Positions 1 to 14,650 of a stretch of 64,000 nt of DNA are shown here, piece by piece (positions within the stretch are counted from its first letter, which is position 1; each line of letters opens with the position of its first letter). Location: NCBI RefSeq assembly GCF_009914755.1, contig NC_060925.1, one strand, 5' to 3'. The notes below the pieces were generated by a model. It was not told the DNA's origin. It made no database searches and worked only from the letters and a program-made list of their open reading frames with translations. The stretch is from the human T2T-CHM13v2.0 reference genome, Homo sapiens. The translations under genes were made by a program, and so were the position numbers.

Positions 1-829
1 TTTTTTTGCACTGTTATAAAAAGATATAACCAAATTGGTTCAGGCAATACTACCTAGTTTAAAAATAGCACTTAAAGCATAAATGTCTACATTGTTTATA
101 CTTTTTAACAAAGAGCTAAGTGTATTTTTTGAAAGGTAGTAAAATAAAATTGCAGTTCTGTTGCATCAAGTTTCACCTTTAGACAGTACTTTTAAACCAA
201 ATTATAAAGGTTTTATAAAAGCAAGGCAGGCATTTAATTACTATCCCAAGAGCAGTACCATTCCAATATAAGTCAGTAACAACACATATTATCAATCAAA
301 TTGAATTTTCAAGACTGCTTTGTGCAGAATACACACTCGATTATGTACTTTGTGTCACGAATACTTTTCTAAGGACCTTAATCCATATTGGCTTTAACCC
401 TGTCCCCTAAGGTTCTTTGTGGCATTCAATCTGGAGTGAGAATTTGTAGTGAATAGATAAACAGTATGGTATCTAGTCGTTGTATGCAACCATAGCATGG
501 ACTGGATTTTGTTGCTATTTCACAGCTAAGCACAAGCTGCAGCAAATTGACCATGACCTGAATAATCAGAAAAAAAATGTGCATTAATTTTCACCTTGAA
601 TAGCTATACTGAAGTTTTATTTAGCAAATAAATTGTCCATAAAGTTTTCTCTTTATTAACATCTCTCCTAGTAAATTATTTTGAAAACAAGGCAAAGTCT
701 ATAATACTTTTCTATATTAAATACTATACACAATGAAGGTAACTTGGACAGACTGATATGCGTTCACAGGAAAAAAAGATCCCCTGCTTTATTACCATAA
801 GTCAATAAATAGAAAAAAATTCTTTTCAG

Positions 830-3170
830 AGGTGATATTTAAACTTAAATCTGAAATATGAGAACACAGCAGATTTCAAGGATCCCCAGGAACATGATTT
901 TGCAATGAAAGAAAAATGCAGAGCAGAGGAAAGAAATGAACTTAGCATATACAAGGGAATTTCAGAAGCAAGTGGCTGAAGGGTAGAGATGAAGCAAGGA
1001 GGAGGGTGATACAGTATGAGTTTGGACACGTGGGCAAGCAACAGCTTAGGCAGACAGTAAGTGCCATGATAAAGAATTCAGACTTCTTTCCAAAGACAAT
1101 GAAAGTGATGGAAGGGTTTTAAATAAGAAAGTGTTATGATGAGATAAAAATTTAGCAAATACATTGTAAAGGTGCAAAGGGAAATATGGAGACAAATTAG
1201 TACCTGATTCCAACAAGGCTGCAGATGGTGGTTACTGACACTAGAGTGGAAGTAGTGATGATGGAGCCAGACAGTCATATTTGAAATGCATTGTATAGAA
1301 CCAATGGGACTAGGACTGGATCAGATGTGGGATCTATAAGAGATGAAAATATTAGGAACAATTACCAGGTTCCTGAATTTAGCAACTGAATCTATTTTAG
1401 TGCCATTTAGTGAGATGAGGGTAGACTAGAGGAAAATATTTAGAAGAAAACTTATATATTATAATTTGGGGATATGTTAACTCTGAGATGCTTATGAACT
1501 ATGTAAGTGGGTAACAGTTCTTGCTTTGGTTATAAGAAGTCAGAATATCAGGGGAAAATGTCCATACTGTAGGTATAAATATGGGAGTTCACAGCATAAA
1601 GATGATTTTCAAAGTCATAAGAATTGATGAGTTCACCCAGCAAGAAGATATAAAGACAAAGACCAATGACTGTGCTCAACACAGAATTGTAATAGTTTAG
1701 TATAGAAAGAGAAGCTAAATTCTTTGGAAGAAAACCAGTGAACCATAGTATTATTAAAAATTGAGAAAGGATTTGTTCAAAAAGACAGTGGCCAATTAAG
1801 TTGAAAGATACTTTGAGGTCCAATAAGATAAGCACAGAAAATCCCCCATCAAGATTTAACAATATGGATGTGTTTTGTAAATTAGAGAACATCAACTGCA
1901 GTGGCCTAGTGGGGACAGAAGACTGATTAGAATGGTTAACAAAATGAATGGGATGTGAAGAAATGCAGACAGTAGATGACTCTTAACAAAATATTTTACT
2001 ATGGGAAAAAAGCAAAGAATTGTGTAGAAACTAGGGGCATATGTGGGATCGAGGGCAGATATTTTTAAAATGGGAAATACTCTAGCACGTTTATATACGT
2101 CTAGAAATCAGGCATAGTAGAAAAGGAGAAAATGACGGTGTAGAAAAGGGTTGTTGTCAGAGTGTCCTCTTGCCTGGCTGATGCAGTGGTTTAAAAAAAA
2201 AAAGAGGAAGCATAGTGAGACTCTGTCTCTACACAAAATAAAAATTAGCCAGGTGGCTGTAGTTCCTAGCTACTCAGGAGCCTAAGGTGGGAAGATCACT
2301 TAAGCCCAGAAGGTAAGGCTGCAGTGAGTAATGATCCTGCCACTGCACTTCAGCCAGAGCAAAAGAGGATTGAGGTTTTAAAAGAAAGAGTCATGTTCTC
2401 AAGAAGACTAGAAGAGTGGAATGTAGAAAAAGAAAGAAAAGATGAGGGGTACTTTCTCTTTTACAACTGGAGAAATCAGGGACAGATGGGGCAAGGTGTG
2501 AAATAATTATTTCACAGAGTGAGAAATAAATGTTATAGGAAAACACAGCAAAACTAATGTGCAGAATCAGGGACCTGTTTGAGGTTTGTACTTATGAATT
2601 TAAAGTGAAACCAGTGCTGTGTGATTATCTCTGGCAATATTCATTTCCTTGGGTACAGACACAGAGGAGTAAATGTTGTTACTCTATGATTGGGGATATA
2701 TCAGGTGATAACAAAGGGAGAGAGGGGCAAGTGAGCTAGGGATATTTGCTAAGATATGAGTATAGTTATAGACAAGGGAATTTAACCTGGACAAGGAATG
2801 CAGTAAAGAGGGAGGGAAAGAAGCAAAGAGATAGTGATAGTAGAGAGCCTGTTTAGGACTCAGGGAAGTTGAATAATTAAAGAAGTTGTGGTTCTAGAGC
2901 AAATGTCTTAGAAGTATAGAAAGTTATGGTTAGATATTGGGATATTTGAAATCTAAATCTAAGAGAAACCTCAGTTTCTGATGATTGCCACATCCGGTGT
3001 GTATCTAGAGGAGCAAATGACTAGGGTGGAAGTAATAGTCATTGGAGGTGGAGAGGGAAAGAACTCAGATTCAAGTTTCCACAGAGATCATTGATATATA
3101 ACCTACTAACGATGCGTGGAGAGAAAGACTGTGAGCCGAGAACAGAAGTCTTCAATGTGCAGTAAACCAG
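830..3170 (-). mobile_element. L2 LINE remnant (~2.3 kb, interrupted by an Alu fragment) including a reverse-transcriptase segment
   Basis: ORF 1548-1895(-) reads FSVLILLDLKVSFNLIGH...LYIFLLGELINSYDFENHLYAVNSHIY, matching the L2 RT pattern (SVLILLDLSAAFD...LYADDSQIY). Flanks have typical antisense-L2 purine-rich motifs (ggaagggttttaaataag...). Boundaries are approximate. Confidence 0.8.
2176..2366 (+). mobile_element. Old Alu (AluJ-like) with most of the left arm deleted
   Basis: ggctgatgcagtgg start, an A-run, then catagtgagactctgtctctac...aaaattagccagg...gcagtgag...cactgcacttcagcc. Confidence 0.75.
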
Positions 3171-3549
3171 ATTGTGATTGCTACCCCTACGAGGAACGGA
3201 GCATATTTATTTTATTGAATTGATCTTTTTAATGCAATCAGATTTATTTCTTTTCAGTTCACATAAACTCATGAAAAAATGGAATTTTTTCCAGTTCAAG
3301 TTTTTCAGTTATATATTCTGAAAATTTATGCATTACAAACCAGAACACTTTGCTACTGCAGTTCTGGGAAATGTTGAATCTAGAAATGACGAGGGAGAGC
3401 TGTTGAGGATGCAAGACAAAACCAGGGAACTCACAGAGGAGCAAGACACCTAGGAGCAGAAGAGAGAAAAATCCAGGAGCAAACTACATGGGAATGGAAA
3501 GGGGAAATTAATTCAGGAAAAAATAATAATATAATGTTAAAAAATGGGT

Positions 3550-3695
3550 TATCTATTCAAATCTTTTCTCCACTCTATATGAGCTGAAAACCTTAATTAT
3601 TATGTAGCCTAGTGTTTTGAGCAGAAGAGCAAAATGGAGATAATACTCAAGATAGCTGGTGGTTTTAAAACTTAAATGAGGAAATACATCTGAAG
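3550..3695 (+). mobile_element. MIR fragment
   Basis: ttcaaatc...aaaatggagataata...aaatgag core similarity. Confidence 0.5.
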
Positions 3696-3699
3696 TTCA

Positions 3700-4190
3700 T
3701 TTATTAGTTGTGGTACAGGCTAAGATATTGTAACAAAGAGATCTAAAATTGTAGTTACTTAAAAAAGAAATAGTTGTTTTTGTTTTTATGGGTTTTTTTT
3801 GTTTGTTTGTTTGTTTGCCACTAACAGACCAGGGTAGGTAGGTGAACTCTCCTTTGCAAGGCCAGCCCAGGACTTCAGTTCTTTCCACCCTGTCATATCC
3901 TACGGTGTGGTTTTCCTTTCTCGTGGCTGAAACTAGCTGAACTTCATGTCTGTTAGGGAGGAGGCAAGAAAGAGTGGAAGTCCAGGGCAGACAGCTTATC
4001 TTCAGGAAGTTGACACATGCTGTACCTGTTATTTCAACCTGCATCCCACTGGCCCAAACTTAGTCACATGACTAGTGTGGTCTTTAGCAGGCTAGTCTCA
4101 TCCTCATCCTTAATTTGGGGGCTTTGGAATCTATTACCAAAATTAGTAAGAGGAAAATGAATTCTGGGGGAGAATTTCAGTCCCTATCAT
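3700..4190 (-). mobile_element. Old MaLR LTR (MLT1J/K-like)
   Basis: gtaacaaagagatc...cccaggacttcagttctttcca...catcccactggcccaaacttagtcacatga motifs typical of MLT1. Confidence 0.6.
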
Positions 4191-4683
4191 GGTACCTATC
4201 ATAAAAATTGACCCATATTTTTTCTAATTAATAGTTCCATTAACTACAGTTTCCAGATATTTTTTATTTCTTTATTCAGCCTTTATCAATTTTACAGACA
4301 TTTAAGTGCAAGCACCATGGATTTTTATTTATAAATATAGGTAAAACTTAATTTGTTAATGATTATAGACCTAACCTATCAACAGTTCAAAAACACTTTA
4401 CAAGTACAAGCATTTAACCTTGTCTTTGGCTGAGCCTATTCACATAATAAAATGGTAGCACAGTGCATAGTTTAGGTAGACAGAGAACTTTAAAATGGAG
4501 TATACACTCAGACACTTGTTATGTCTGGAGATGGATGCACATGACTCTATTATTTAACTAAGTGCAACAGATTTCCAGCCCAAAGAAAACTACTCCTAAG
4601 TAGCAAGTTAATGCAACAATCATAAATCACATCTTATTCACTTAATTTGGTAGATGGCTTCACAGTAATACATTATTTCTGCT

Positions 4684-4705
4684 AAAAAAAAAAAAAAAAA
4701 AAAAA
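4684..4705 (+). repeat. A22 homopolymer
   Basis: Directly visible A run. Confidence 0.9.
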
Positions 4706-4728
4706 CTGTGACTATTTAGTTTACTTAC

Positions 4729-4847
4729 CTCTATTTTACTTATTAAGCATCTTTTTGCTTTTGAATGCCTCTGATTGTTCATCATATGTCCAGGGAAGCA
4801 AGAGAACATTTGCCTCTGATTCCACCAAAACATTTCCAATAATGGGC
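4729..4847 (-). ncRNA. Candidate exon of an antisense spliced transcript
   Basis: tttatttagtatag| acceptor and perfect GAG|GTAAGT donor on the - strand. Confidence 0.3.
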
Positions 4848-5452
4848 CTATACTAAATAAAGCAGCTGTAGAGGCACCAGGGACATGTAAATCAGGATGT
4901 TAATGAAGAACTGAATGCTCTCAGATTTAAAGAGTTTCCAGGGACATGGCCCACGGAACTAAAACAGGTCATTACTACTCAAAGTAAATTTTACTGGGGA
5001 AATAAGGTATTTAACTTCTATTGACAAGTGAAGAACTTTGTAAGACGGGGTCTGTAAAATCAATGAAAAAAATTATACAAGTGATTTTTATTTAAAACAA
5101 TAACTTTTTAGTATATGTACCTATGTAAAGTGCCTCCTCACTTCCCTCCTTTGAGTCAATATGCATCATCTCCTTTAAGGTCATTTTATAGTTCTACTTC
5201 TCCAGAAGGTTTTTCTTGATTATTATACTCCTGTGTTCTGTTTTTAATTCTTTAAAAATGTTTGAAACCTTTCTATACTTGTTGATATCTGGGTCTGTGA
5301 AACAGAAACAATATTATTACGATTTTATTGTTTCGCTACTAACATTATCAATAAAATCAGGGAGGGAGAGAAAGAAACCAGTATGTGCTAACCATATACT
5401 TAGCACAGGATATGCATGTGTTATTCACATAAATATTTTTATTTATTTCAAT

Positions 5453-5700
5453 GCAGTATTGTATAGTGGTTGAAACTCAAGTTCCAGAATCAGACAGTAC
5501 CAGGTTTTATTGCTGACTTGCCAATTTTTGCTTAAATAACCTCAGGCAAAAATCAGCCTAAATTTCTTCATTTTAATAATTATAGAACCTATCCAACAAT
5601 GTTGCTGAATGATGAAATGAAGTAACATGTGTAAAGCTCTTAGATTATCCTAATATGGAATAAACTGTAAATAAGTATTAGTTAGCATTGTTGCTATTAC
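5453..5700 (+). mobile_element. MIR
   Basis: gcagtattgtatagtggttgaa...cagaatcagacag...aaatgaagtaacatgtgtaaagctcttag. Confidence 0.7.
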
Positions 5701-8076
5701 TAATTCCTTCTGAAGCAATAGTTATGATAACTCTATTGTGACAAAACCAAATTTAAAGATTGCAGGTAACCTGAAAATACATATAGAATGGAAGATTTAG
5801 AATTCAAAACCTTGTCTGAATTCTAATGTGTTGTGCTTTCTTACCACTTTTTTGTTTCGTTTTGTTTTTTGTATCTTCCTCTCCACCAACACCTAAGCAA
5901 ATACTGTTGTTTTCAGAATGACTACTAGGAATAGCAGCCCATTTGGAGGAAGAGGGCTGATTGGTTATTCTGTATCTTGGGTGGCTTGAAATAGAAAGAT
6001 AATAATTGCTTTTTCATACACTTTGGCTCCTTTGCTTTTCACATGATGTTGTTAGATAGGCAAATGTTTTTACTATTAAGTAGCTTTTGTTCTGCAAATC
6101 CATCTGCCTTCCTTCTCTGTCTTCTCTTTAAGGGAAGGGAGAGGAGGGAGAAGGAACTAAAATGGATCCAACCAAAAGCAAAATGTGTAGACAGTGAGTG
6201 GACAGTGAAGGAGCTCTGCATTGGGTCTGAAAAGTCTGGATTACAGGATTACAGACTCCAGAGCTAACATTTTTACTATGTTACATGATGCTACTTCTCC
6301 TTGAGAGAAATAACATTTATTATCTTCTTAGAAGCAGTGTAAGGACTTTTAAGCTGTAAGTTTTGTGCCAAGCAGAGTTTAAGATAAATCCAAGTTCAGA
6401 TATTGAAGAGAGAATATATAAATATCAAGTTTAAGTGTCAACATTCCGAGTCACCGAATTGTCACTGTATTGTCCATCCTGTTTTGGAGAGCAATTTGCA
6501 ACCCAGCCATAGTCATAATATTCATATATATGTATATAACTGAAATTGAGTACTCCTAAGGTTTAGTGCTGATTTTAATTCATAGGAAATTTCTTTCTTT
6601 TATCTCAATATATGTCAGTGTATTGGCAAGCATGTTCCACTTCTACATATATCATTTTGTGAAGACAGGTGGTAAAATGCTCTGCATGCTACTGATGTAT
6701 GGACCTACTTTTTTACCACCATTTTATTATTATTAATTTTTAATCCCAGTGTATGGACCCACTTTTAGGAGTAATGTTATAGAAGTTGCTTTAGTGGGGG
6801 CAGGATGGGTGGCAGGGAAATAGTTGATAATTGCATTGTTGTGTGTGTGAGAGGTGATGAGAAACTGAATTAAGTGGAGATGTGGTGACAGAAAAAAGGT
6901 ATGTTAAAATACCTGCAAGCATCAGGCTAGATTAATGCTTGGAATTTAAGAGGAAAAAAGAAAGAGACTTGGGATGAAGCTCAGATCTGGGTTTTGATGA
7001 CAGGTTAAAAGGTTTGTAAAAGAAAGGTAAAAGTAGGAACAAGTTGAGTTTTAAGGATTATAAAATCACAAAGGTCATGCAGATAAAATTCAACTATATA
7101 CAGTAACAAATATTTTAAAAAATTTTTATCTAAAACCTTATTTAATCATTTAAAAATCTACATCAACCACTATGTGCTTCTAAGCATCATTTAGGGATAT
7201 TATTCTTATTTTAAGATGTAACCCAAAGCTAAATGTAGTATTTTGAAGACATTCATTAAAAATGTTAAAAGCAGTATTTTGAATCTGTCTGAAACTTTCT
7301 CTTTGTTCAAGGTTTGTTTTGGCTTAATGTAAGATTCTCTGACCCAATATAAATATAGTTTACTCTGGTTATTGCTGGAACATTTACAGATGAAAGTTTT
7401 ACATATTATATAGTGGGTTGTATTTGTTTTAGTTAAAATGATGTCCTAAAAAAGATTAAAAAAAAAAAACCTTAGCTCATTGCTTTGATATCATCATAAC
7501 TAGGCAGCATTCATTCCATCCAGAGGCCATGTCAGACATCCAGACTAAGGTAAAACACTCATTTAATTTGAATAAGCCAAGGACATTGCAAATACTACCA
7601 CAAATCAAGAATTCCATTTTAGCACTTTTTTTTTTATTAAAGAAAGTGAATTTTATCCAGATTTCTCATACATTGGGATACCAACAGTTCAGATACTCTA
7701 GTTCACCCAGCTGTTTACGAAAATTCAGAATGGAGATTTTAATTACGAATAGAATAAAATAAAATATATATTTTACTTTTATAGGCGGGATTCTATTGAC
7801 ATAGCCTTAGACAAGGCAGCACAACATTAATCAACACTTCATCTCTTTCTATCTGTCACAAGGACATTTTCGGTTTTAATTCTACTTGATTGGAAATAGA
7901 AAACAGTTTTGCAGCAGTGATTACAGCTTTCTTTACCATTGTTCCCACTTTCCATATAGAAGCCCTTAACTACAGTGTCAAAATAGCATTCTAATGACGT
8001 AAATTTTCTAATAGAAGTGACTCTTTTAATTTGTTTCTTCTTATTCAAAAACTTTATTTATGTATTTATGTATTGA

Positions 8077-8542
<466 letters not shown>

Positions 8543-8552
8543 CTACTTTTTA

Positions 8553-8670
8553 AAATTAATTAATTTATTTATTTTTATTGTACTGTAAGTTCTGGGATAC
8601 ATGTACAGAACGTGCAGATTTGTCATATAGGTATACATGTGCCATGGTGGTTTGCTGCACCTATCAACCC
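8553..8670 (-). mobile_element. Severely 5'-truncated L1PA 3' end
   Basis: taagttctgggatacatgtacagaacgtgcagatttg...ggtatacatgtgccatggtggtttgctgcacctatcaaccc is the antisense L1PA 3' UTR terminus. Confidence 0.9.
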
Positions 8671-9346
8671 TAATTTTTATACTTTTAGTAGAGGTGGGTT
8701 TTCTTCATGTTGGCCAGGATGGTCTCAATTCCTGGCCTCAAGTGATCCACCTGCCTTGGCCTCCCAAAGTGCTGAGATTACAGGCGGCAGCCACTGTGCC
8801 AGGCCCCCTTGTCTATAAAATTAGATAAACAACCCAATTCTCAGCGTTAGTGCAGGAGTGAGATAATAATTGAGATATCAAGTGAGAGTAAGATAGTAAG
8901 ATATTGAGATAGTGAATACAAGGCATTTTGTAAACCTGCTAAATGTAAATAGAAAACCCTATTAATTGCAAAAAGTAACTTGTGCATTCAACAAACATTA
9001 AACATTAAAAAAACATTAGCTGGACAGAAACTGTGTGCCAGCTATTAGGGATATGAAGATAAACAAGGCAAAAGCCCTTCTTGTAAGAAAATCCCAGTCT
9101 AGGTGGAGATATGGTAGCATAAACAAACACAATCTGTTTAATACAATATGACAATAAACACAGTAAGGTGTGCACAGGGTTTGAGAATATGTAGAGAAGT
9201 ACATATCTACATCTGCCAACAGAATCACTTATGGGAATTCCTGAAGGGTGAGTAGGAGTTGTTCATCAGGTTAACAAGGTGAACACAGCAGTCTTACCTT
9301 AGGGATAGGATGTCCAAAAGTAGAGAAGCTTAAAAGGAAATGTTGA

Positions 9347-9500
9347 AGCCAGGCATGGTGGCTCCTGCCGAGTAATCCCAGCAGTTTGGGAGGCTGAGGC
9401 AGGAGGATGGCTTGAGGCCAGGAGTTCAAAACCAGCCTGGTCAACATAGCAAGACAGTGTCTCTATATTTTAAAAAAAATGAAAAATAAATGTGAAAAAA
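9347..9500 (+). mobile_element. FLAM / free left Alu monomer
   Basis: Single Alu arm plus A-rich tail. TSD AAAGG(A/G)AATGTTGA on both sides. Confidence 0.85.
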
Positions 9501-9514
9501 AAAGGGAATGTTGA

Positions 9515-12150
9515 GACTTCAGATTCCATGAAGGTGGAGTAGCTCTATTCTTCCAGGTTCTGTTCCTTACAATTAAAAAAGCTTGAACCTAACTAAGTAA
9601 GCATAGGAAATCTCTAAAAGGTGGGAAAATGTGGAAAACCTAGGGAACTCAGGATTTGAGGAATGATTCAGTGATGAGTTCCCTGGTTTTTCTTATTGCC
9701 TCTCATACATCTCAAAAATGGTGCTACAGACACTTCCAATCCACACCACCAATAAGCACAGAAAAAAATAGGGTTTTTAAAAAGCCCTTACTCCTGATAA
9801 AGGACCAGGAAAGGGGTGACTAAACAACAGAGAACGTTTATGGCAACACTGGTCCTACTTCAGCCAAATATCACCTGGGAAAATCATACCTTCCCCTGTC
9901 CGAGCCATCGCTCCCTGTGGTTTGAGTGAGCTCTCTGCCCCTAGAATAAAGTGATGCTCTCATTCCCCTAACAAGTAGTGTCTACAAGGCAGAGTGAGAA
10001 GCAGAACCACATGGTGTCAGCAGGTTCTAGTGGCCAGCTGAACCACTGCTACCACCTAACAAGATTCCAGTGGTGTGAGGGAGAGCTAGACTAGTAGGTT
10101 GACAGCTCAGCTCTGTGGGGAGCAGTAAAGTGAGCTGAATCAGCCCCCTACTTCTTCCTCTGCAGCAGGGAATTGTTCTTACTATCCCACTTGGATATAA
10201 TCAGGCAGTGCCCACTTTGACAGAGAAATATCATCAGGGTCAAGGGAGAAGGTGAACTTCCACCATGCTCATCTGCAATAAGGCAGTGTGAGTCTCAAAG
10301 TCATAAAATAAATAATCTAAATTCTTACTTCAAGTAATTAGAAAAAGAAGAGCAAAATAAAACCAAGGCAAATAGTAAAGATACAAAGAGAAATCAGTGA
10401 AATTGAAGACAAGAAAACAATATAAAAATCAATGAAAACAAGAGCTGGTTCTTTCAAAAGGTCAATAATATCAATAAACATATAGCAAAGTTAACAAAAA
10501 TAAAAAGAGAGAAGAGACAAAGCACAATGAAACTGGAGATATCCCTACACATATGGCAAGCATTAAAAGAATAATGAAATACTGTAAACAACTACATGCT
10601 CATAAACTTGACAACGGAAGAAATGGACCAATTCCTTAAAAACCACAAATCAGAAAAACTCAGCCAAGTTAAAACAGATGTCCTGGATAGTCCTACAACC
10701 ATTAAATACATTAAATTTTATTTTAAAAACTCCTGAAGAAGATATATCCAGGCCTAGATGGCTTTACTGGAGAATTCTATCAGGCTTTTGAGAAAGAATC
10801 AACACCAATATTATAAAATCTCTTCCAGCAAGTAGAAGAGGTGGAAAAACATTCTAACTCATTTTCTGAAATTGATATCATTCTGATACCCAAACCAGAC
10901 AAAGAATGCAACCAAGAAAACTACAGGCCAATATCTCTCATGCAAATAGATGCAAAAATTCTCACAATGTTAGCAAAAGGAATCCAAAACTGTGTGAACA
11001 GAATTATGTACCATGACCAAGTGGCTTTATTCCAGGTATGCAAGGCTTGTTTAATATTTGAAAATCCATCAGCCAATGTAGCTGACCATCTCAATAGACT
11101 AAAAAAGAAACACCACATTGTGGCATCAATTGATACAGAAAAAGCACTTGACAAAATCTTACACTCATGCATAATAGAAAACCCTCTCAACAAATTAAGA
11201 ATAGAGGGAAACTTCCTCACCTGACAAAATCTGCAAAAATCCTATAGCAAACACTATTTAATGATGAAAAACTCAGTGCTTTCCCTTCATGATCAGGAAC
11301 AAGGTAAGGATGTTCACTCTCACCACTTTTATTCAGTATAGCACTGAAAGTTCTAGCCCTTACAATAAGGCAAGGAAAAGAAGTAAAAATTGTACATATT
11401 GGTAAGGAAAAAATAAAACTATACCTATATCACCATGACATGATTGTTTATGTAGGAAATTCCAAAGTATATACTAAAACAAAAATAAATTCTTAGAACT
11501 AATAAGTGAGTTTGGCAAGGCCAAAAGTTAATACAATACTAACACTCACAAATCAATAACATTTCTATATACGACAATGAACATACGCAATCCAAAATTA
11601 GAATACAATGCCATTTACCACAACTCCAAAGAAAGCGAAACACTAAGTATTTAGTTATAAACTTAACTAATCATGCACAAAATCTGTATTCTGAAAATTA
11701 CAAAAGACAGATGAAAAAAATCAAGGAACAGCCTACCTACATATTTGAAGATTAATACTGTGTTCATGGATTGGAATGGAAGGCTCAACTTAGTAAAAAT
11801 ATCAACTCTCCCCAAGTTTATCTATAAATTTAAATTTAATAAAATTCCTTTCAAACTACCAGCAAGTCTTTTGTAGACATAGACAATGTTATTCTAAAAT
11901 ACATATGGAAAGCCACACTCTCTAATAATCATGACAAACAATAAAGTAAAAGCAAAGGAATCACTCTGTCTGATACTAAGGCTATTATATAGCTACATTG
12001 ATCAAAAAAGTGTGATTTCAGTGAATAAGTACACAAAAAATATGACAGAAAATACAGAAATAGGCCAACACTAGTCCATACAGCAAAATGATTCTTGAAA
12101 AAGGTTCAAAAGCAATTCAACGGAGGATGGAGGGGGAGTATGAACTGCAT
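9515..12150 (+). mobile_element. Old L1M element: 5'-end-like segment (~9515-10295) followed by degraded ORF2 (~10300-12150)
   Basis: ORF 10841-11224 (ILIPKPDK..ENYRPISLMQIDAKIL..HDQV..SIDTEKALDKI) is L1 ORF2 RT. The 5'-end assignment is less certain. Confidence 0.85.
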
Positions 12151-12182
12151 CCAGTGATATCCATTTTTTCTTTATTATGCAT

Positions 12183-12526
<344 letters not shown>

Positions 12527-13479
12527 TTCTTTATTATGTATGCTATTAACAAAAATGTTTGAATCCCAAGATATGGAGACCATAAACAAGCTACAACATT
12601 TTTAAGTATAAAAATATAACTAGGGGTTCTAATAGTTTATTTATTTAATCCAATAGATCATCTTGTATACTTTTGGGATGTAATCACCTCATTTTGGTGA
12701 TGGCCATTATAAACAAATAAAACTTGGTATTCTTTTTTTGGTTGTTGTTTTAGAATAACATTCTATTCTATTTATTTTCCTGAAACCACTGCCCTGACCT
12801 ATTACAAAAGACTAAATAATATTGGTGATATTCTCACAGTATTAGTCAGAGCATGCCACAATTCTCTATAGAATATTTTCTGTATTATTCATAGTGGGAA
12901 ATTAACCACTTTCTGAAAGCATGAGAAATGTGAAGTAGCTTGAGTTTGCTCATTATATTTAAAATATGAGTGATAAGCTTGTAGTGCTAAGGGTGCAGGA
13001 AATAAAAATGTACTTTTAAAATTTTTCTTCTAACCAGTCTTCTCTTATACTTTATTCATTATAGTTCCATGCAAAATACATGTTAATTGAAAACTATAGC
13101 TTTTCCAGTATGCATACATGTGTGTATACTTTTATATTCCGTTCTGCTAAAAGCTGATGAGGACTTACTGTACTAAATACATTACCATAAAAGGTTTATG
13201 TTCTCTGTTTTTTTTTAATTTTTTTCCTGGAGCTTATGGAAATAGCTTATAACAAGTAATCTCTGAGTTTTTTATAGACAGGACAAACTTTTTGTGTTGT
13301 ATTTCTTCTTATGTGACCTATAGGTATACTTTGGTGAGTAAATGTTAGAAAGAATACTTTGTATATGAAGTACAAAATAATCAATAACAAATACGCCAAA
13401 TGCATTATGGAAAACACTAAGGAGGACTTCCAACAAATATTGTGAAAATTTTGGAATAAATATATTTCCAAACACCATC

Positions 13480-14650
13480 TTTAAAAACCAAGGATTTTAA
13501 TAATAACAAAAAAAGCCCAAATAGAGAAAAAAAATATTGTCTACCCCAATTCCAGAATAGAACTCAATATTTTGCCACAAATTCTAGTGAAAACTCATCT
13601 GATACAAAACAGTCTGGACCAGGTTAAGGAAGGATGCTAATAACCAATATACAGCTCAGTTGTAAATTCAATAAATATGTGTTCATTGATTACACAGATA
13701 AACATAAGAGAGAGTCAAGGAGACTTCACCTGTAGTATTTCATGACAAATGAACTTAAATAGCATTTGTTCTACTTAAACATAAGTAAATAGAAAAAAAA
13801 TAGGACCTTAACCAAAAATGTGACCAAAAATATATTTTGCAATCAAGGACAGCAAAGAAATCGTGGGTTTAAGAAGCAGAAGTTATGATAATCAATTAAA
13901 TGAAGGAGACTGAAACAGAACAAGGCAATAAATTATAGAGAACAACAATGATAGTGCAGAACTTATGTATAAACCTGGTAAAAGAAAGAAGGCAGTCAAC
14001 TTTTCAGAAGACCAAAGCAATGACATGTGGTGGAGACTTCAGAAAATCACAAATAATACACTGAAAAACAATCAATGAAAAGGTAATAAATGAGAAAGAC
14101 AACAGATATCCAGCAAAAAGATTATTGGTGTGCCTGGAGAAGAGAACTGAGCTAGTAAACACACACAAAGAAAATCAAATTCAAAATATAAATGAAAGAA
14201 AACTTTCCTGATATGAAAGATGGCATAAATCTGCATCTACAAAGTGACTCACTGAATCTACTTGGCAGTAAAAAATAAATAAATAAGAAAGCCTGACAAT
14301 TACAAATTTTTGTCATAAATTTTATATTTTAAATTTTTATTATTTACATTGTATTTATAATTATATATGTATACTACATAATTACATTTAAAATATTTAC
14401 TTCCTCCAAGAAACATTTAGTTAGAAGTACTAGGTCTCCTATAAAGGAATAAAAAGTAGGCTGACCTCAGATTTCTCTGGCAACTATAGATGTGAGCAAT
14501 AGAGCAGTGTCCAAAGCTGAACAATAAGGGTACAAATCAAGAACGTAACCCCATCAAGATTGTCATTTACTTGTATTGGTAATAGAGACACTCTCAAATA
14601 CACCAGGACTCTGAAAGCATCACCTCTGTATCCTCCTTCAAAAATAAAAA
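13480..14650 (+). mobile_element. Highly diverged L1ME/HAL1 ORF1-region remnant
   Basis: A-rich sequence with L1-ORF1-like motifs (attattggtgtgcctggagaagagaac; ctgacctcagatttctc). Confidence 0.45.

Noticed and set aside
1-820. 3' UTR of an upstream gene
   Set aside because: AATAAA hexamers are expected by chance at this AT content, and there is no linked coding exon in the window.
7504-7830. Assignment of a named gene to the small exon-like pair (AAFIPSRGHVRHPD* or ...DIQTK|AGFY*)
   Set aside because: I do not recognise the peptides with confidence, so no gene symbol is given.
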